Of a stretch of DNA of 64,000 bases, positions 10,750-22,400 are shown piece by piece (within the stretch, counting starts at the first letter, position 1; each line of letters starts with the position of its first letter). A model generated the notes under the pieces. It saw only the letters and a program-made list of their open reading frames with translations, did no database searches and had not been told where the DNA came from. A program made the translations under genes and the position numbers. This stretch comes from Hyaloraphidium curvatum SAG 235-1 (lineage: Eukaryota > Fungi > Monoblepharomycota): assembly GCA_025558095.1 (NCBI GenBank), contig JAIVFI010000016.1:186001-250000 (forward strand), given 5' to 3'.

Positions 10750-13700
10750 TCAGAAGCCTCGGACCGCCATCACCACGTTGTACGCAAAAACCCCCACGAT
10801 CGTCGCCGCCAGCAGCACGAAAGAGGCGTAGGCCACCGGCACGTCGTCCACCGGGAACCAGGGCGGCAGCGTGCGGAACTCAGCCGAGCGGAAGGTTGGC
10901 GGAAGCGCCATCTCCGATCCCATCGTGGTCGGCGACAGGATGCCGAAAGGGTCCTCGCCCTCGGCCTCGGAGCGGTAGTTGGCAAACACGTCCCCGCCCG
11001 TGTCCGACTGGACCTCGACCGAGTCGTCCGTGCCGACGCGCACGTCCACCAGGTCCTGTTCCGCCTCGTCAGCAAGATGCACGGCACGCTTCCTGGGTCC
11101 GGAGCCGTCCCCTTCCCCGTCCGGTGGGTGCGAAAGCGGCATGGGCAGCGGGGGAGGGATCGATGGCAAAGAGGGCAAGGAGGGAAAGGATCCGTGAATA
11201 GGCGTCTCGGGAAGCTGGGGGATCTTGGGCGCCGAAAGCCTGGATCCGCCGCTTTCGATATCGAGCTTCGGCACCGTAGGCGCCGGAGGCGGAATAACCT
11301 CGGGCTCTTCCTGCGGAGCGTCGGCCAGGTCCATCGAGGGGCGTGCCAACGGCATCCTGCCCGATGGGAAGGAGTCGCCGTCCGCGGGCAGCGAAAACAC
11401 CGACTCGACGACGATGCTCGGCGTGGTGGGGATGGATACCGGTACCACCGGCACCATTCCATCGACAGTTTCGCTAGTTCCTGCTTCGCGGATCCTCGGC
11501 AGCGTGGGAGTCGCGGGGGAAACTTCCACCGACGGGCTCGGTCCCGCTGGCGAGGCCATGATGGGCGGCAACGTCCGCGGAATGAGCTCAGGCAGCCGCG
11601 AACGGGTCTCCAGCACGGGGAGCGCAGATTCCGGTCCCGTAGGCAGGGGGTTGCTATCCCGCCGCGGGCCAGAATCCGTCCGCGCGCTGAGCATTCCGCT
11701 TGACGAGGAAGCCCGGCTCACGTTCACAGGGGGGATCGCCAGGCGTAGGTTTGACGACGTCTTTGTCCGCCGCCGGGGAATGGTGGCCCCGCCGGGCGCG
11801 TGTGCGTCCCAGGATCGGTCTCGCTCCAAGCGCTGCTCCTCCTTCCACGAACCGCCCCTTCCGACCGGTTGCCGCGGCCGCGGCACCACACCCCCGGCAG
11901 CCGATCGCTCCCATGCCTCCAGCGAAGCGCGGGGATTGGGTCCGCTTTCGACCATGTCGTCGGTCCAGTCCGATCGCGCTGCGTCCGTCGATTCCGTGCC
12001 GGTGGTGTCCGTCCCGCCCGTTCCGCCCGTATCCCGCGAAACGAGCTGCTTCTCGCCGCTGCTCGGCGTGCTTCCGATGAAACTCGCCGCCCAGCGCGAG
12101 ATGTTCCAGCTTCCCGAGCCCTGCTGCGTCCGATCCCACATGTTGGCCGGCACCGGGAGCCCCGGCGACTCCTCCGTCGCCGGCGTGATGGGCGCCACGG
12201 GCCCCTTGGTGATGCCAAACAGCGAGCCCTTCATCTCGGTGAAGGTGAGCGCATTGTTGAGTTCCTCGGCCAGAAAGCTCGACTTGCCCCTCGCCGTGCG
12301 CTTGCGCTGACGCGCCAGCGTGCTCGGCGGGACCATCGGCGGCGGCGGCGGCCTCTGTGGCGACGGGCTGCGCGTCGACCGGCTGGAGACGCTCCCTTTC
12401 TTGGCGCTCCCCGCCGCGCTCGACCTCCGCCGCCCTGCAGGCACCGGCGGCGGCGGCGAAGCCCTCCCCGATTCCCCCGAGACCGAGACCGACCTCGCCC
12501 TCTGCGTGCTCGTGGCTCTCAGCGAGCTCGCCTCCCTCGATACGTCCAGCCCCCCGCTCCTTCCCCGCGCGGGTGCCTCGTCGAACGCGATGATGCTCCC
12601 GCCCCTCCCCACAACCGCGGGGCCGGCCGGCACCCGCGGCATCAGCCAATCGTCCTCCGTCAGCACGTCGTCCCTGTACACCGCCGGCACCGCCATCTCC
12701 ACTTCCACGGGCGTCCGCGGCGGCGACCCGGCGTCCTGCCTGACGGGCGTCGTCGCCGGTACCGCCGTCACATGCCTGTTCCCCGGCGTCCGCGGCAAAG
12801 TCCACGTTCCCAACCTGGCCTGCGCATGCGGCCGCGGCAGGCTCGCGTGGCCCCGCGCCAGGGCATCGAGCTCCGCGGGCGCGAGCTCGGGCGGCACAGC
12901 GGCCATCCGCACGCCCTCGTCTGTGTGGAATGAGGCGGAGCCCATGGGGCTGGGGACGGGGCTGACGCGCTCCCCGTTCCCGTGCCAGTCGCCCGGGCCC
13001 AGCGGGGGCGTCAGACCGCCGTGCGTGGGCGTGCCGGGTGCGGAGCCCGAAGTCCACGGCCCGCGCCCAAAGTAGTCTCCGGCACCCTCGCCGTCTTCCT
13101 CGAGCCTGGCCGAGCCAGGGGCTGCACGCATTGCGCCGACCTCCTCTTCGGGCGGCACCACGTTGATCGACATGGGCGTCTCCGGGGTCGTGGCCGGCGA
13201 CACGAGCGGGGTGCGGCTGCGCTCCGAGGTCCGGGATCGCTTCTCCTCCTCGTACTCGTCCTCGATCTCCTCCTCCTCGAACTCGGACTCCTCCAGGGCG
13301 TCCAGGTCCGCGACGAACGCGACGACGGTCTTGCTCCACGGGTGCACGGCCAGCAGCAGGTCCTTCTGGTGCCGGTCGAGGCACACCCCGCCGCGCTCGT
13401 TCCAGTCGGCGAGGAAGCGGCGGGATTTGAGGTACACGAGTAGGGGGAGGAGGAAGTTGGCGGAGGAGGTGGCGATGAGGGAGGACCAGAGGATGAAGGA
13501 CTGCAGGCCGGCGCCGGATTGAAGGGGGATGGCGATGAGGAAAGGGAGCACGGCGGAGAGGAAGGTGCCAATAACTGATGGGAGCTTTGTCAGGTCGCAC
13601 CAAGCGCAGGCGAACACGCTTTCGACCCACTCTTGCCGCAGATCCGGTTCTGGATCAGGTTCTGGTACACGATGATGACAAAGATGGGTATGCTGGTCAT

Positions 13701-15056
13701 GAGGCTAGCGATGGGGTACAGGTATGTCGTGACGCGGGTCCATATGCTGGCATCGGGGCTGGAGCTGATGATGGTCAGCAGGTTGGAGTTGGCGGGCATG
13801 GTGAAGGCCAGGGCGCCGAAGAAGCCGACGAGGATGTAGAGCAGCTGGGTGACGATGGTGACGGACCACAGGGAGCGGGGGATCGAGACGGCCGGGGCGC
13901 GAACGTTGACCCAGGAGGGGATGGTGGTCACGTAGGCGTAGTTGAAGAGCACGGTGCCGAAGACGCTGCCCAGGCCCGGGACGTCGAAGGCGGGAAGCCG
14001 GGCGGGGTCGAGGCCCTCGCTGGAGAAGAAGGTGATCCACGTGATGAAGATGACGAACGTGAGGACCGTCGCGATGACCTGGACAAAGATGTTGTCGGCG
14101 ATTTTGGTCAGGCCCAGCGGCACGATCATCACAACCGTGACCTGTGGATGTATCGAGTACAAACAGTTGCGTGATCAGCGGCGTTCACTGAGCACCAGCG
14201 GTCCGACCACCCACGAGGTAGCCGTAGCTGAGGAGCAGAAAGTCGTCCCCGAAAGGCGAGTTGCTCGAGCTCACGGCCGTCGGGCACGTGGTCATGAGCG
14301 TGCCGTCCTTGACAATGATGCCGCAGGTCTTGTGGAAGATCTCGATGATTATGTTGTCCATGGTCTGGATCGAGATGATGATCGAGGCGATGTTGGTCGA
14401 CTGCAGCGACAGGAACAGGATGATCTGCGACAGGTACGACGCGATGGGGCCGAAGTAGAAGGAGATGAGGGTCGAGAACTCGACGATCCCCTGTGCCGGT
14501 GGTGAGCACGAGTCTTCGGGGTTCGGCGCGCTGGACCCCCCACCTTGAACCTCCTGTTGCCCGGCACGCTCTGCATAGCCTCGACAATGAACAGCGACGC
14601 AAACGACGCCACCGCCCCGTAGACAATGATGGCCAGCACGGGAAACACCCAGCCGGCCTGCTGGAACAGCAGCGGCACGGCGACCAGCCCCGGCCCGGTC
14701 ATGTTGTTCCCTAGCAGCGACACGCTTCCCAGCCAGCCGACCGTTTTCACGAGCAGCATGCGCTGCCACGTCGGCGTGCGTGCGAGCTCCAGCGCCGGGC
14801 CGGCCAGCGCGGTCGCGTGCCGCGAGGCGCTCGCGTAGATCCCCGACGATTTGATGGTTGCGCCGAGGCCGACCTCCGTGCCGCGCTGCGAGAGCCCGCG
14901 GTCGAAATCCGGCGAGTACGGTATGTCCGGGCCGCCGTGCACGGTGCCCTGGTCCGCCGCGGGGCCGCCGCGCCCGGTGCCGGGGTCCCCGCAGGCCGCC
15001 GCGTCCGGCCCCGGCGGGGCGCCGCCGCCGCCCGCCGCCGGCCCGCTCCCGCTCAT
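10750..15056 (-). CDS. Amino-acid transporter (Aa_trans/AAAP-like) with very long disordered loop before the last TM helix
   Basis: KTVGWLGSVSLLGNNMTGPGLVAVPLLFQQAGW, LFNYAYVTTIPSWVN and multiple TM segments across ORFs 14349-15056, 14185-14769, 13590-14162 and 10750-13617. Intron 14491-14543 checked; two more inferred. Confidence 0.85.
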
Positions 15057-15297
15057 GGGCGCTCAGCTAGGCCTGGGATCCCGGTCTGCCCGAAATGCCA
15101 GCCCCATTTGCTGGGCAGTGAGTCCGCAATCCGTGGGCAATCAAATCAACAGCGGCCGCCGGGCCGCCCGACCCGCTACCCTGGAGGCGCTCGACCTCGA
15201 ATCGCGAGTTCGGAATGGAACCTCAACGTGCCTAGCCCTGCTCTACATCTGTCTCTCTTATTCCATTTGCACTCTGCCAGGATCTCCCCTCACAAGT

Positions 15298-16505
15298 TCA
15301 CCGGTCGAGAACAGCCTCCAGCCCTCCAATCACCTCCTCCTCCGTCGCCGTCCCCAGCCCCGCCGCTTCGAGCCACGCATTGGCGGCATCCAAGCACGTG
15401 CCCCAGGAGCTCTGGTACCCCGCGCCACCGTGACCGTAGCACGCGTAGAGCTTCCCCGACACGCGGCCGACGCGGGTGCCGCCGCGGCGGGTGGGGCGCA
15501 GGCCCGCGGCGTCGCGGATGAACTCGACGGGGCCGAGGTTGGGGAGTTCGATGGAGCGGGGGAGGGTGGCGGTGCGCTCGAGGATGGAGGCGGCGGTCGC
15601 GGGGTCGGGAACCAGGTTCCTGTGCCGGCAGAAGGTGTCAGAGATAAAGGGACGTCAAGCGCTTCGAGCGGCTGAGCCCACCAATCGCCGGCCTGGTACG
15701 TGCCGCCCAGAATCACGGTGCCGTCGCCCCGAGGGATCACGTAGGACCATTCCGCGATCCGCCCGCAGGTCGCCTTGACGTCGGGCGCCCGGACGACCAC
15801 CACCTGCCCGCGCGTCGGGTAGACGTCCGCGTCCTCGATCCCGCCGAGTTCGCGCGCGCCGATGCCCGTGCAGACAAAGACGGCGTCGGGCTGCTCCCCG
15901 CCAGCGGCGGGGTGGCCCACGAGGACCTCATCCACGTGCTTGACCGGGTCGATCGCAATGACCTCCCCGCCCAGCTCCTTGACCAGACCCTCCAAAAACA
16001 ACAGGTACCTCGGGCTATCGAAGCACACCGTTTCGAACGCGTACCCCGCGTCTCCCCCGTGCCGCTCGAGTTCCTCTGGCGTCAGCGCCCTGAACCCCGG
16101 GCAAAAGGTGCGGAACCACGGTGCCTCGGGGAACGACGGCGCCGAATCGATCTCCGCCCCCTCGGCCGCCGCCTTCTTGCTCCGCACGTCGATCGCCGGC
16201 ATCCTCCGCACGTGCGTCCTGCCCGAAAACCGCGCCAGCAGCCCGTGCACCACCCTGAACGTCGCCCCGTCCCACTTCTGCTCCCTCGCCTCGTCATCCA
16301 GCGCGAAAGAGTGCCAGTTCGCGCCCGCCACCGGGCTCGCGTACCGCGGGTCGCGGCCGGGCGCCGAGGGCGTCGCGGTGCCGAGCACGCGGAGGGAGAA
16401 GGCGCGGCCGAGGGCGCGGAGGTGCAGCGCCAGCGTCGAGGCGAGCGTCAGGCCGACGACGCCGGCGCCGAGGACGGCGATGCGGAGCGGCGGGTCGGCG
16501 GACAT
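15298..16505 (-). CDS. D-amino-acid oxidase (FAD-dependent)
   Basis: IAVLGAGVVGLT, YASPVAGANW, VCTGIGAREL, YPTRGQVVVV, YVIPRGDGTVILGGT. After an intron near 15630-15680 the frame gives GLRPTR and YGHGGAGYQSSWG, with TGA at 15298. Confidence 0.9.
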
Positions 16506-17282
16506 GGCGGGCGCGGTTGGATCGGCGGCGCGGATGTTGGCCGGGGCGGAGGATGGGCGATCGGTTGATTGATCGACGCCGTCTCTTCAAGCGTCGCTCT
16601 CGTTTCGATCCGCTGTGCGGGCGAAGCGGGATAAGCATCATCGATGAGCACACGGCAGTCTGGAGGTCGATTCTTCTCAACGGCGCCGGCGCTATTCCAG
16701 CGCCACCCGGGTCAAGTGACCATAGTTTAGTCGAACGACCTCCTCTGCTGGATCCCACTGACGACGCTTGGGAAACCACCAACGTTTTTTGGACCGGGAC
16801 CGTTTGACAAACCGGGCGGGGTCGCGTCGGGGCTGGTTCAGCTGTCTCCCAGGGACCAGAGACGGCCAGCGCTCCAGATCTGTGGTTTGCCCGACCGACG
16901 CGGATCACTGCGAATCTCGACAGTAAAGCCTATGGCCCGGAGCGGGGGAAGAGGAAAGAGGTCACGGCAGTGCTCTTCCGCTCGATGAAGGCCGGGCATT
17001 GCAGCGAATGGGGTGCTGTGAGGCCCGACATCCTCGTCCGTGAGGCCGCAGTGGCTGGGGACGAGATGGGGACGCAGGTCGGAACTCAACGGAAGAGCTG
17101 CGTAGCTCGCATCTGCCACAAGGAGTGACAGCACAGTCCACAGCCATGCCACGACCGGCCAGCGTCCTGCACCGAGGGAGCAGTCGGGCGCCGGCAAACG
17201 CAAGTGGGATAGCCAGGGACCGACGTCATCGTTAGGGACCCCATCCCGTCCCTCCGATCCGACGCGCCCCTCCGCAAACGGA

Positions 17283-18547
17283 ATGGAATCTGCCATGGCC
17301 TCACCCCTCCTCGTTTCGATCCCGTCTTCGCCGGCGCCGTGGTCCCGCCGCCGTTCCGCACCTGCACCGGCCCTCTCCGACACGCCGCCGCCCTCCCCTG
17401 CGTCCCTTGCCTCGCGGCCCAGCCTCCCTTCGCTACCTTCGGGCGCCCCTTCGGCCGACGGTCTGTTTGCCCATGGCCACGCTCGCCGAAAGAGGTACCG
17501 CGCCGTACGGACGGTCGGTGTGGGCAGCGAAGGGGTCGTCAAAGCCGCGTACTCCTTGGAAACCGGACTCCTCGTCGCCCTCAAGGCGAGCACGAAGGCG
17601 GACTTACCCCTGCCCGGCGGCGGTGCTCTGCACGAGTCCTATTCGACCCGTCTGCGGAAGTGGGAGGAGGACGTAAAGGCCCTGCGGGCAGCGGCCGACG
17701 TCCTGGCTTCCATGGACCACGCACATATCCTGAACGTGTTCGACGTCTTTGAGACCGAGCGGAAGGTTTACGTTGTGTCCGAGCTCGCACAAGGGGTGGG
17801 TGACGTCGGACCGCCGCTGCCGCCCTCAGGCCCTCATCGGCTTCCGCGCAGGACCTCCTTTCCTACCTCAAATCCGTCGGTGGCAGACTCGATGAGAACG
17901 CAATACGGCAGATTATGGCCGGCGTGCTATCCGGTCTCAGCTACCTCCACTTCAGAGGTATCGCGCATCGCGACATAAAGCCCCACAACATCCTCCTGCG
18001 CGACTTTGCCGACCCGACATCGGTGTGCCTCGCCGACTTTACCGGCGCCCACATCTCCGATCCGGAGAAGGAGTGCGAGAGCCGAAACATGAAGACGATC
18101 ATCGGCACCCCGTTCTACATGGCTCCCGAGCAGGTCTCCGGGGCCCCTTACACGGACAAGGTGGATGCATACGCGGCGGGCATCGTCGCGTACCAGCTCG
18201 CCTTCGGGCGCAACCCCTTCGAGCCCAGCAGCTCCTTCGAGGAGCTCTACGGAAAGATCCGCGAGGGCAGGTGGACCTTTCCCGAGGGCGAAGGCTCCTC
18301 CCTCCTCCGCGACTTTATCCTGAAGCTCATGTGCGCGGACCCCTCGCAGCGCTTGTCGGCCCGGGACGCGCTCGCGCATCCCTTCCTCACGTGTGCGCCC
18401 GATGTGGATAAGGACATGTCTGGGACGCTGGTCGTGTACGAGGAGAGCTCGGGCGAGCTGCGGTGCGCAGCGACCAGCCCGGTGGACACGAGGTGGGCCA
18501 AGGAGAAGCTGATGGCGGAATGGGTGGAATGGAGCCACAAGAAGTGA
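17283..18547 (+). CDS. CAMK-like protein kinase with DFT in place of DFG
   Basis: VGVGSEGVVK, VALK, HRDIKPHNIL, LADFTG, GTPFYMAPE. Intron 17796-17851 (GTGGGT..CAG) is in phase. Confidence 0.88.
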
Positions 18548-18928
18548 TGCTGGGTCTGCAGCCTGGAACGCTTCGGCAAAACCATTCGGTGGCTGGGCAC
18601 CTTGAGTGATCAGGGCCTGTGTACAGACTCCGAGCAAGCTTGGTTCGAATAGCATACTCGACCGGGAATCATCAAGAGCGAGATGTTCTGCCCAGCGAGC
18701 AATCACCCGGGCTTCGGGATGAAGGGACGCGCTTGAATGCTCTGTTTGTCCGCCCGCACGGATAATCGCTGTGGAAGCGCCACCAAACACCCCGGAACCT
18801 CGAAACGCGCGCGCCTCCACCTCGAGAGCTCCTCCGCGGACAAGGCCCCGGCCGTCCTCCACGAAAGCTTCTCCTCTGGCCCCGCAAAGCGGCCCCACCG
18901 CTCCCACGCGCGCGCGCGCTCTAGAAAG

Positions 18929-19391
18929 ATGGGCTCCGTTCTCAGCACGTCAATGGGCGAGACCATGGAGAAGAACCAGGTCAAAATGATGGAGCAACAA
19001 CGGGCAATGATGCTGAAGCAGCGGGAAGTCCAAATGGCGACGCAGGTGACCTCGTTTCGCGTCGGCGGCGGACACTTCGTGACTCCCTCGCCCCCAGCTC
19101 GCCATGGCACGCGACAACTTCAAGTGGTTCGCCGCGTTCTACGGCATTGCCGGGGTTGGACTCCTCAACGGATTCCGGCACACGAAGAAGCCGGCCTTTA
19201 TCGCGCCGCTCGTTCCGTTGACCTTTGCCCTGGCTTTCCAATGGGATCTGGCCCGCGGGGCCAAGTTCGAGCGAGTCAGGGCCGAAGCGGACTCAATCCT
19301 GGAGAAGGAAGCTCAGCTCTTCGAGCTGCCTGAGCACAACCGCCTAATATCGGCATCGGAGTACCGCAGCATCTTCGGACTATCCAAATGA
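18929..19391 (+). CDS. Plasminogen receptor (KT)-like small membrane protein (PLGRKT/DUF2368-like)
   Basis: MGSVLSTSMGETM..REVQMATQ|LAMARDNFKWF..KKPAFIAPLVPLTF..QWDLARG..ERVRAEADSILE..LP resembles my recollection of human PLGRKT. Intron 19046-19097. Confidence 0.8.
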
Positions 19392-19431
19392 TCGCGGTCT
19401 TGGTTGCTGTTCACCATGTACATAAGAGCCC

Positions 19432-22400
19432 TCACTTCTCGAGCACGATCCGCCAAATCTCCATCCGCTCCGTCCTCTCGTAGTCGAACCGCTTCGGCAC
19501 CGTCCCCTCGTCCACCTCGACCCGCTCCATCCTCAGCCGGTGCTTCTTGTCGCTCGGCTTTCCGGGGAGCCCGTGCTTTGCCAGCGACTCGTTCGCGTCG
19601 GCGACAGCGGCCTCCAGTTCTTCCCATGCCCGCACCGTCACCTTCCCCGTCAGCGAAAAGTTCGGTCTCTTTTCCATGGCGAGGTATAGCGCCCGCCGCT
19701 TTCGGCCAGCGGGTTGCAGGAGCGTCCTGAGCCGAGACACGAGCATCTCGGTCATGAAGCCATCGTAAGCCACGTCCGCTGCCAGGAGAACGGTACAATC
19801 GTCGCGGAACTGCTGGACCTCGTCGTCCGCCCAGGCGAAACGGGGATCAGTGGGCTGCTTCGTCGGCAGGGGTCCGTCGTCCTCGGAATGCTCGACGGGG
19901 TACAGCGGAGCCGAGTCGTCCGTCCAGTCTAGCTCTCGCACGAGCGCTGTATGAACAAAGGGTCCCTTGCTCTTGGCGCGCCTCGATCCAGCGGCCGGCG
20001 AGCTCGCTGCTGCCACCTCGTTCTCCTCGGCGTTCTGCTGCGCGAGCTCCAGGACCCCAGCCCCGCCCTTGTCCGTGAGAAAGACTCGAGATGCGCCACA
20101 GAGCTTGGCGGCCACGATCCCGACCACGCCCGTTCCGGAGCCGAGTTCAAGCACGGTCTTGCCCGCGACGAGCTTGGGATTGGCAAGGAGGTAGTCCGAC
20201 AGAAGCATGGCGCCGCCCCAGACCTGAAGGCCGACCTGGTCCAGCGGGGTGCCGAGCCGATGCCAGATGCCGATTGAAGTCGGAGGATCCGTGGCGACGG
20301 AATATGTCGTAATGACGGGCTCCGACGCTGAAGGCTCGACGCCAATGTGTTTTCCAAGGTGAACCTCGGAAAGAATCATGTCGATCTTGCCCCCCTCTGG
20401 GACGTCTGCGGCGGAAGGAGAAAGCACCTCCACATCGTCGTCTTCGCTCGCGGAATGTACCTTTGTCGCGGCGCGTCCGCGGGTGGTCCTCGCCTTTGGT
20501 GCCTCTTCGTCGTCGGCGGCGTCGCTCGCAACAGGCTTGGCCGCCCTTCCGCGAGTGGCTCTCGGCGCGACCTCTTCCGCCGCTTCGGGTTCCGCCTCGG
20601 CCTTCTTCCCGGTACGCCGACCTCGCGCCGATGCTTTCGTGGGCACCTCGGGCTCAGGCGTCGCCTCCTTCTTGCTCCTCGATGTACGCTTCGGGAGCGC
20701 AGCAAAGGAAGCATCGTTGTCCGAAATCTCGACGACAACCTCGTCGGCCTTGGCTCGGCGACCGCGCTTGGGCACTTCCAGCTGGGTCGGGGCAGGTTCG
20801 GGGCTCGCTGCTTTCTTGCGACCGCGCACGGGCTTCGGTTCGGGTTCCGGCTGGGGAGAAGCACCTCGCCTGCCGCTGCGCCGGGGCGGCTCTTCTTGGG
20901 CTTGTGGCTCGGGGGTGGCCGCCTTCCTGCCGCGCTTCGCAGGCTTCTCTTCCGCCGCCTCGTCCGCGATCTCGGTCGCCTTTCTCCTCGTACCCCGCTT
21001 CGGTGCGGGTTCCGGCTCGGTGGTGACCTGCGGTGCCGCGGTGGGCCCCTTGTTGACGTATCCCAGGTCGATGACCGATTCGTCATCAGTTGGAGCAGGC
21101 TCCACCGAGAGCTCCTGCACTCGACCGCGCCGTGGCTTGGTTGCGGGAGCTGGTGGCTCGGGCTCGGCAGGGGTTTCGGCCTTTTTCGGAGCACGTCCCC
21201 GGCGAGCCGGCTTCTGGGTTTCCTCCTCAGCCGGCGACTCAACGGGCGGCTCGGTCTTTGCCCCGCGACGGCCACGCTTCGGCGGCTCGGGCTCCTCGGT
21301 CTCGGGTTCCGGCTCAGCAGCCTTGGCCGCCCTGCCTCCTCGGCGCTTGGGAGGCTCCGCGGGTTCAGGTGCGGGCTCCGCCGCGCTCTCTGGCTCGGGG
21401 CTGGCCTTCTTCCCCCTGCCGCGGCGGGGCCGAGCAGCTTCCTCTGCTTGCTCGGGCTCCGGAACCGCAGCCTCCTTCCGGGACCTGCCCTGGCCGCGCT
21501 TGGGCATGTCTGCCGGCTCCGCGGGCTGTTCGGCGAGCTCCTGGGCGGCCTCGGCTCCGTCCTCGTCCTGCTCTTCGACCGTCTCCATGGCTTGGGCCTT
21601 CGCACGGCCGCGGCCTCTTCCGGTGGTCGGCGGCTTTGCCGGCGTCGAGGGCCTGGTCCTCCTGGCCGGCGTTTTCGCGGGGTTTGGCGGCTGCTCCTCG
21701 ATATCCTCCATCAGCGACATGATGCTGCGGTTGCCGGGCGATCGCGACCGCGAGCGGGCGCGCGGCGGAGGCGGCGCGAGCTGCGCCGGCTCCGCGGTGA
21801 GCGAGGGGGAGCCAGAAGGCTCGTTGCGGTCCTCGGCTGCCGTTTCTTCGTGCTGGGCGGTATCCATGGGCTGATCAGGCTCCTGAACTTGAGGCTGCTC
21901 ATCGGCCCGCTCGGCTGCTTCAAGCTCTGCGTCCGACTGCTCGTGCCCTGCGTCCACCTCGGCGGGAATCTCTTCGACGGTGACGATGACCTGTTCTTCG
22001 AGCTGCTCGGCGGGTTCCTCGGCGACCGGAAGCTCCTGTGCAGGTTCTTCCACGATCGGCTCCTCGGCGGCTGGCTCTTCGACGATGGCCTCATCGAAAG
22101 AAATGTCTTCCGCGGTGGCGACGAGCTCTGCACCGGTCTCCTCAACAGGCTCTTCGGGAACGGCGAGGTCCTTCGCAGGCTCTTCCGCGATCGGCTCCTC
22201 GGCGGCGGGCACTTCGACGACAACCTCCTCGAAAGCAACTTCCTCCGCAACAGTGACTAGCTCGGCTCCGGGTTCCTCTACGGGCTCTTCAACGATGGGA
22301 ACCTCCTCCGCCGCTTCCTCGACGATCGGCTTCTCAGCCTCCGGCTCCTCAACGGGGGCAACGGGCTCGTCCACGGCCATGGCGTCATCCGACCGCGCGT

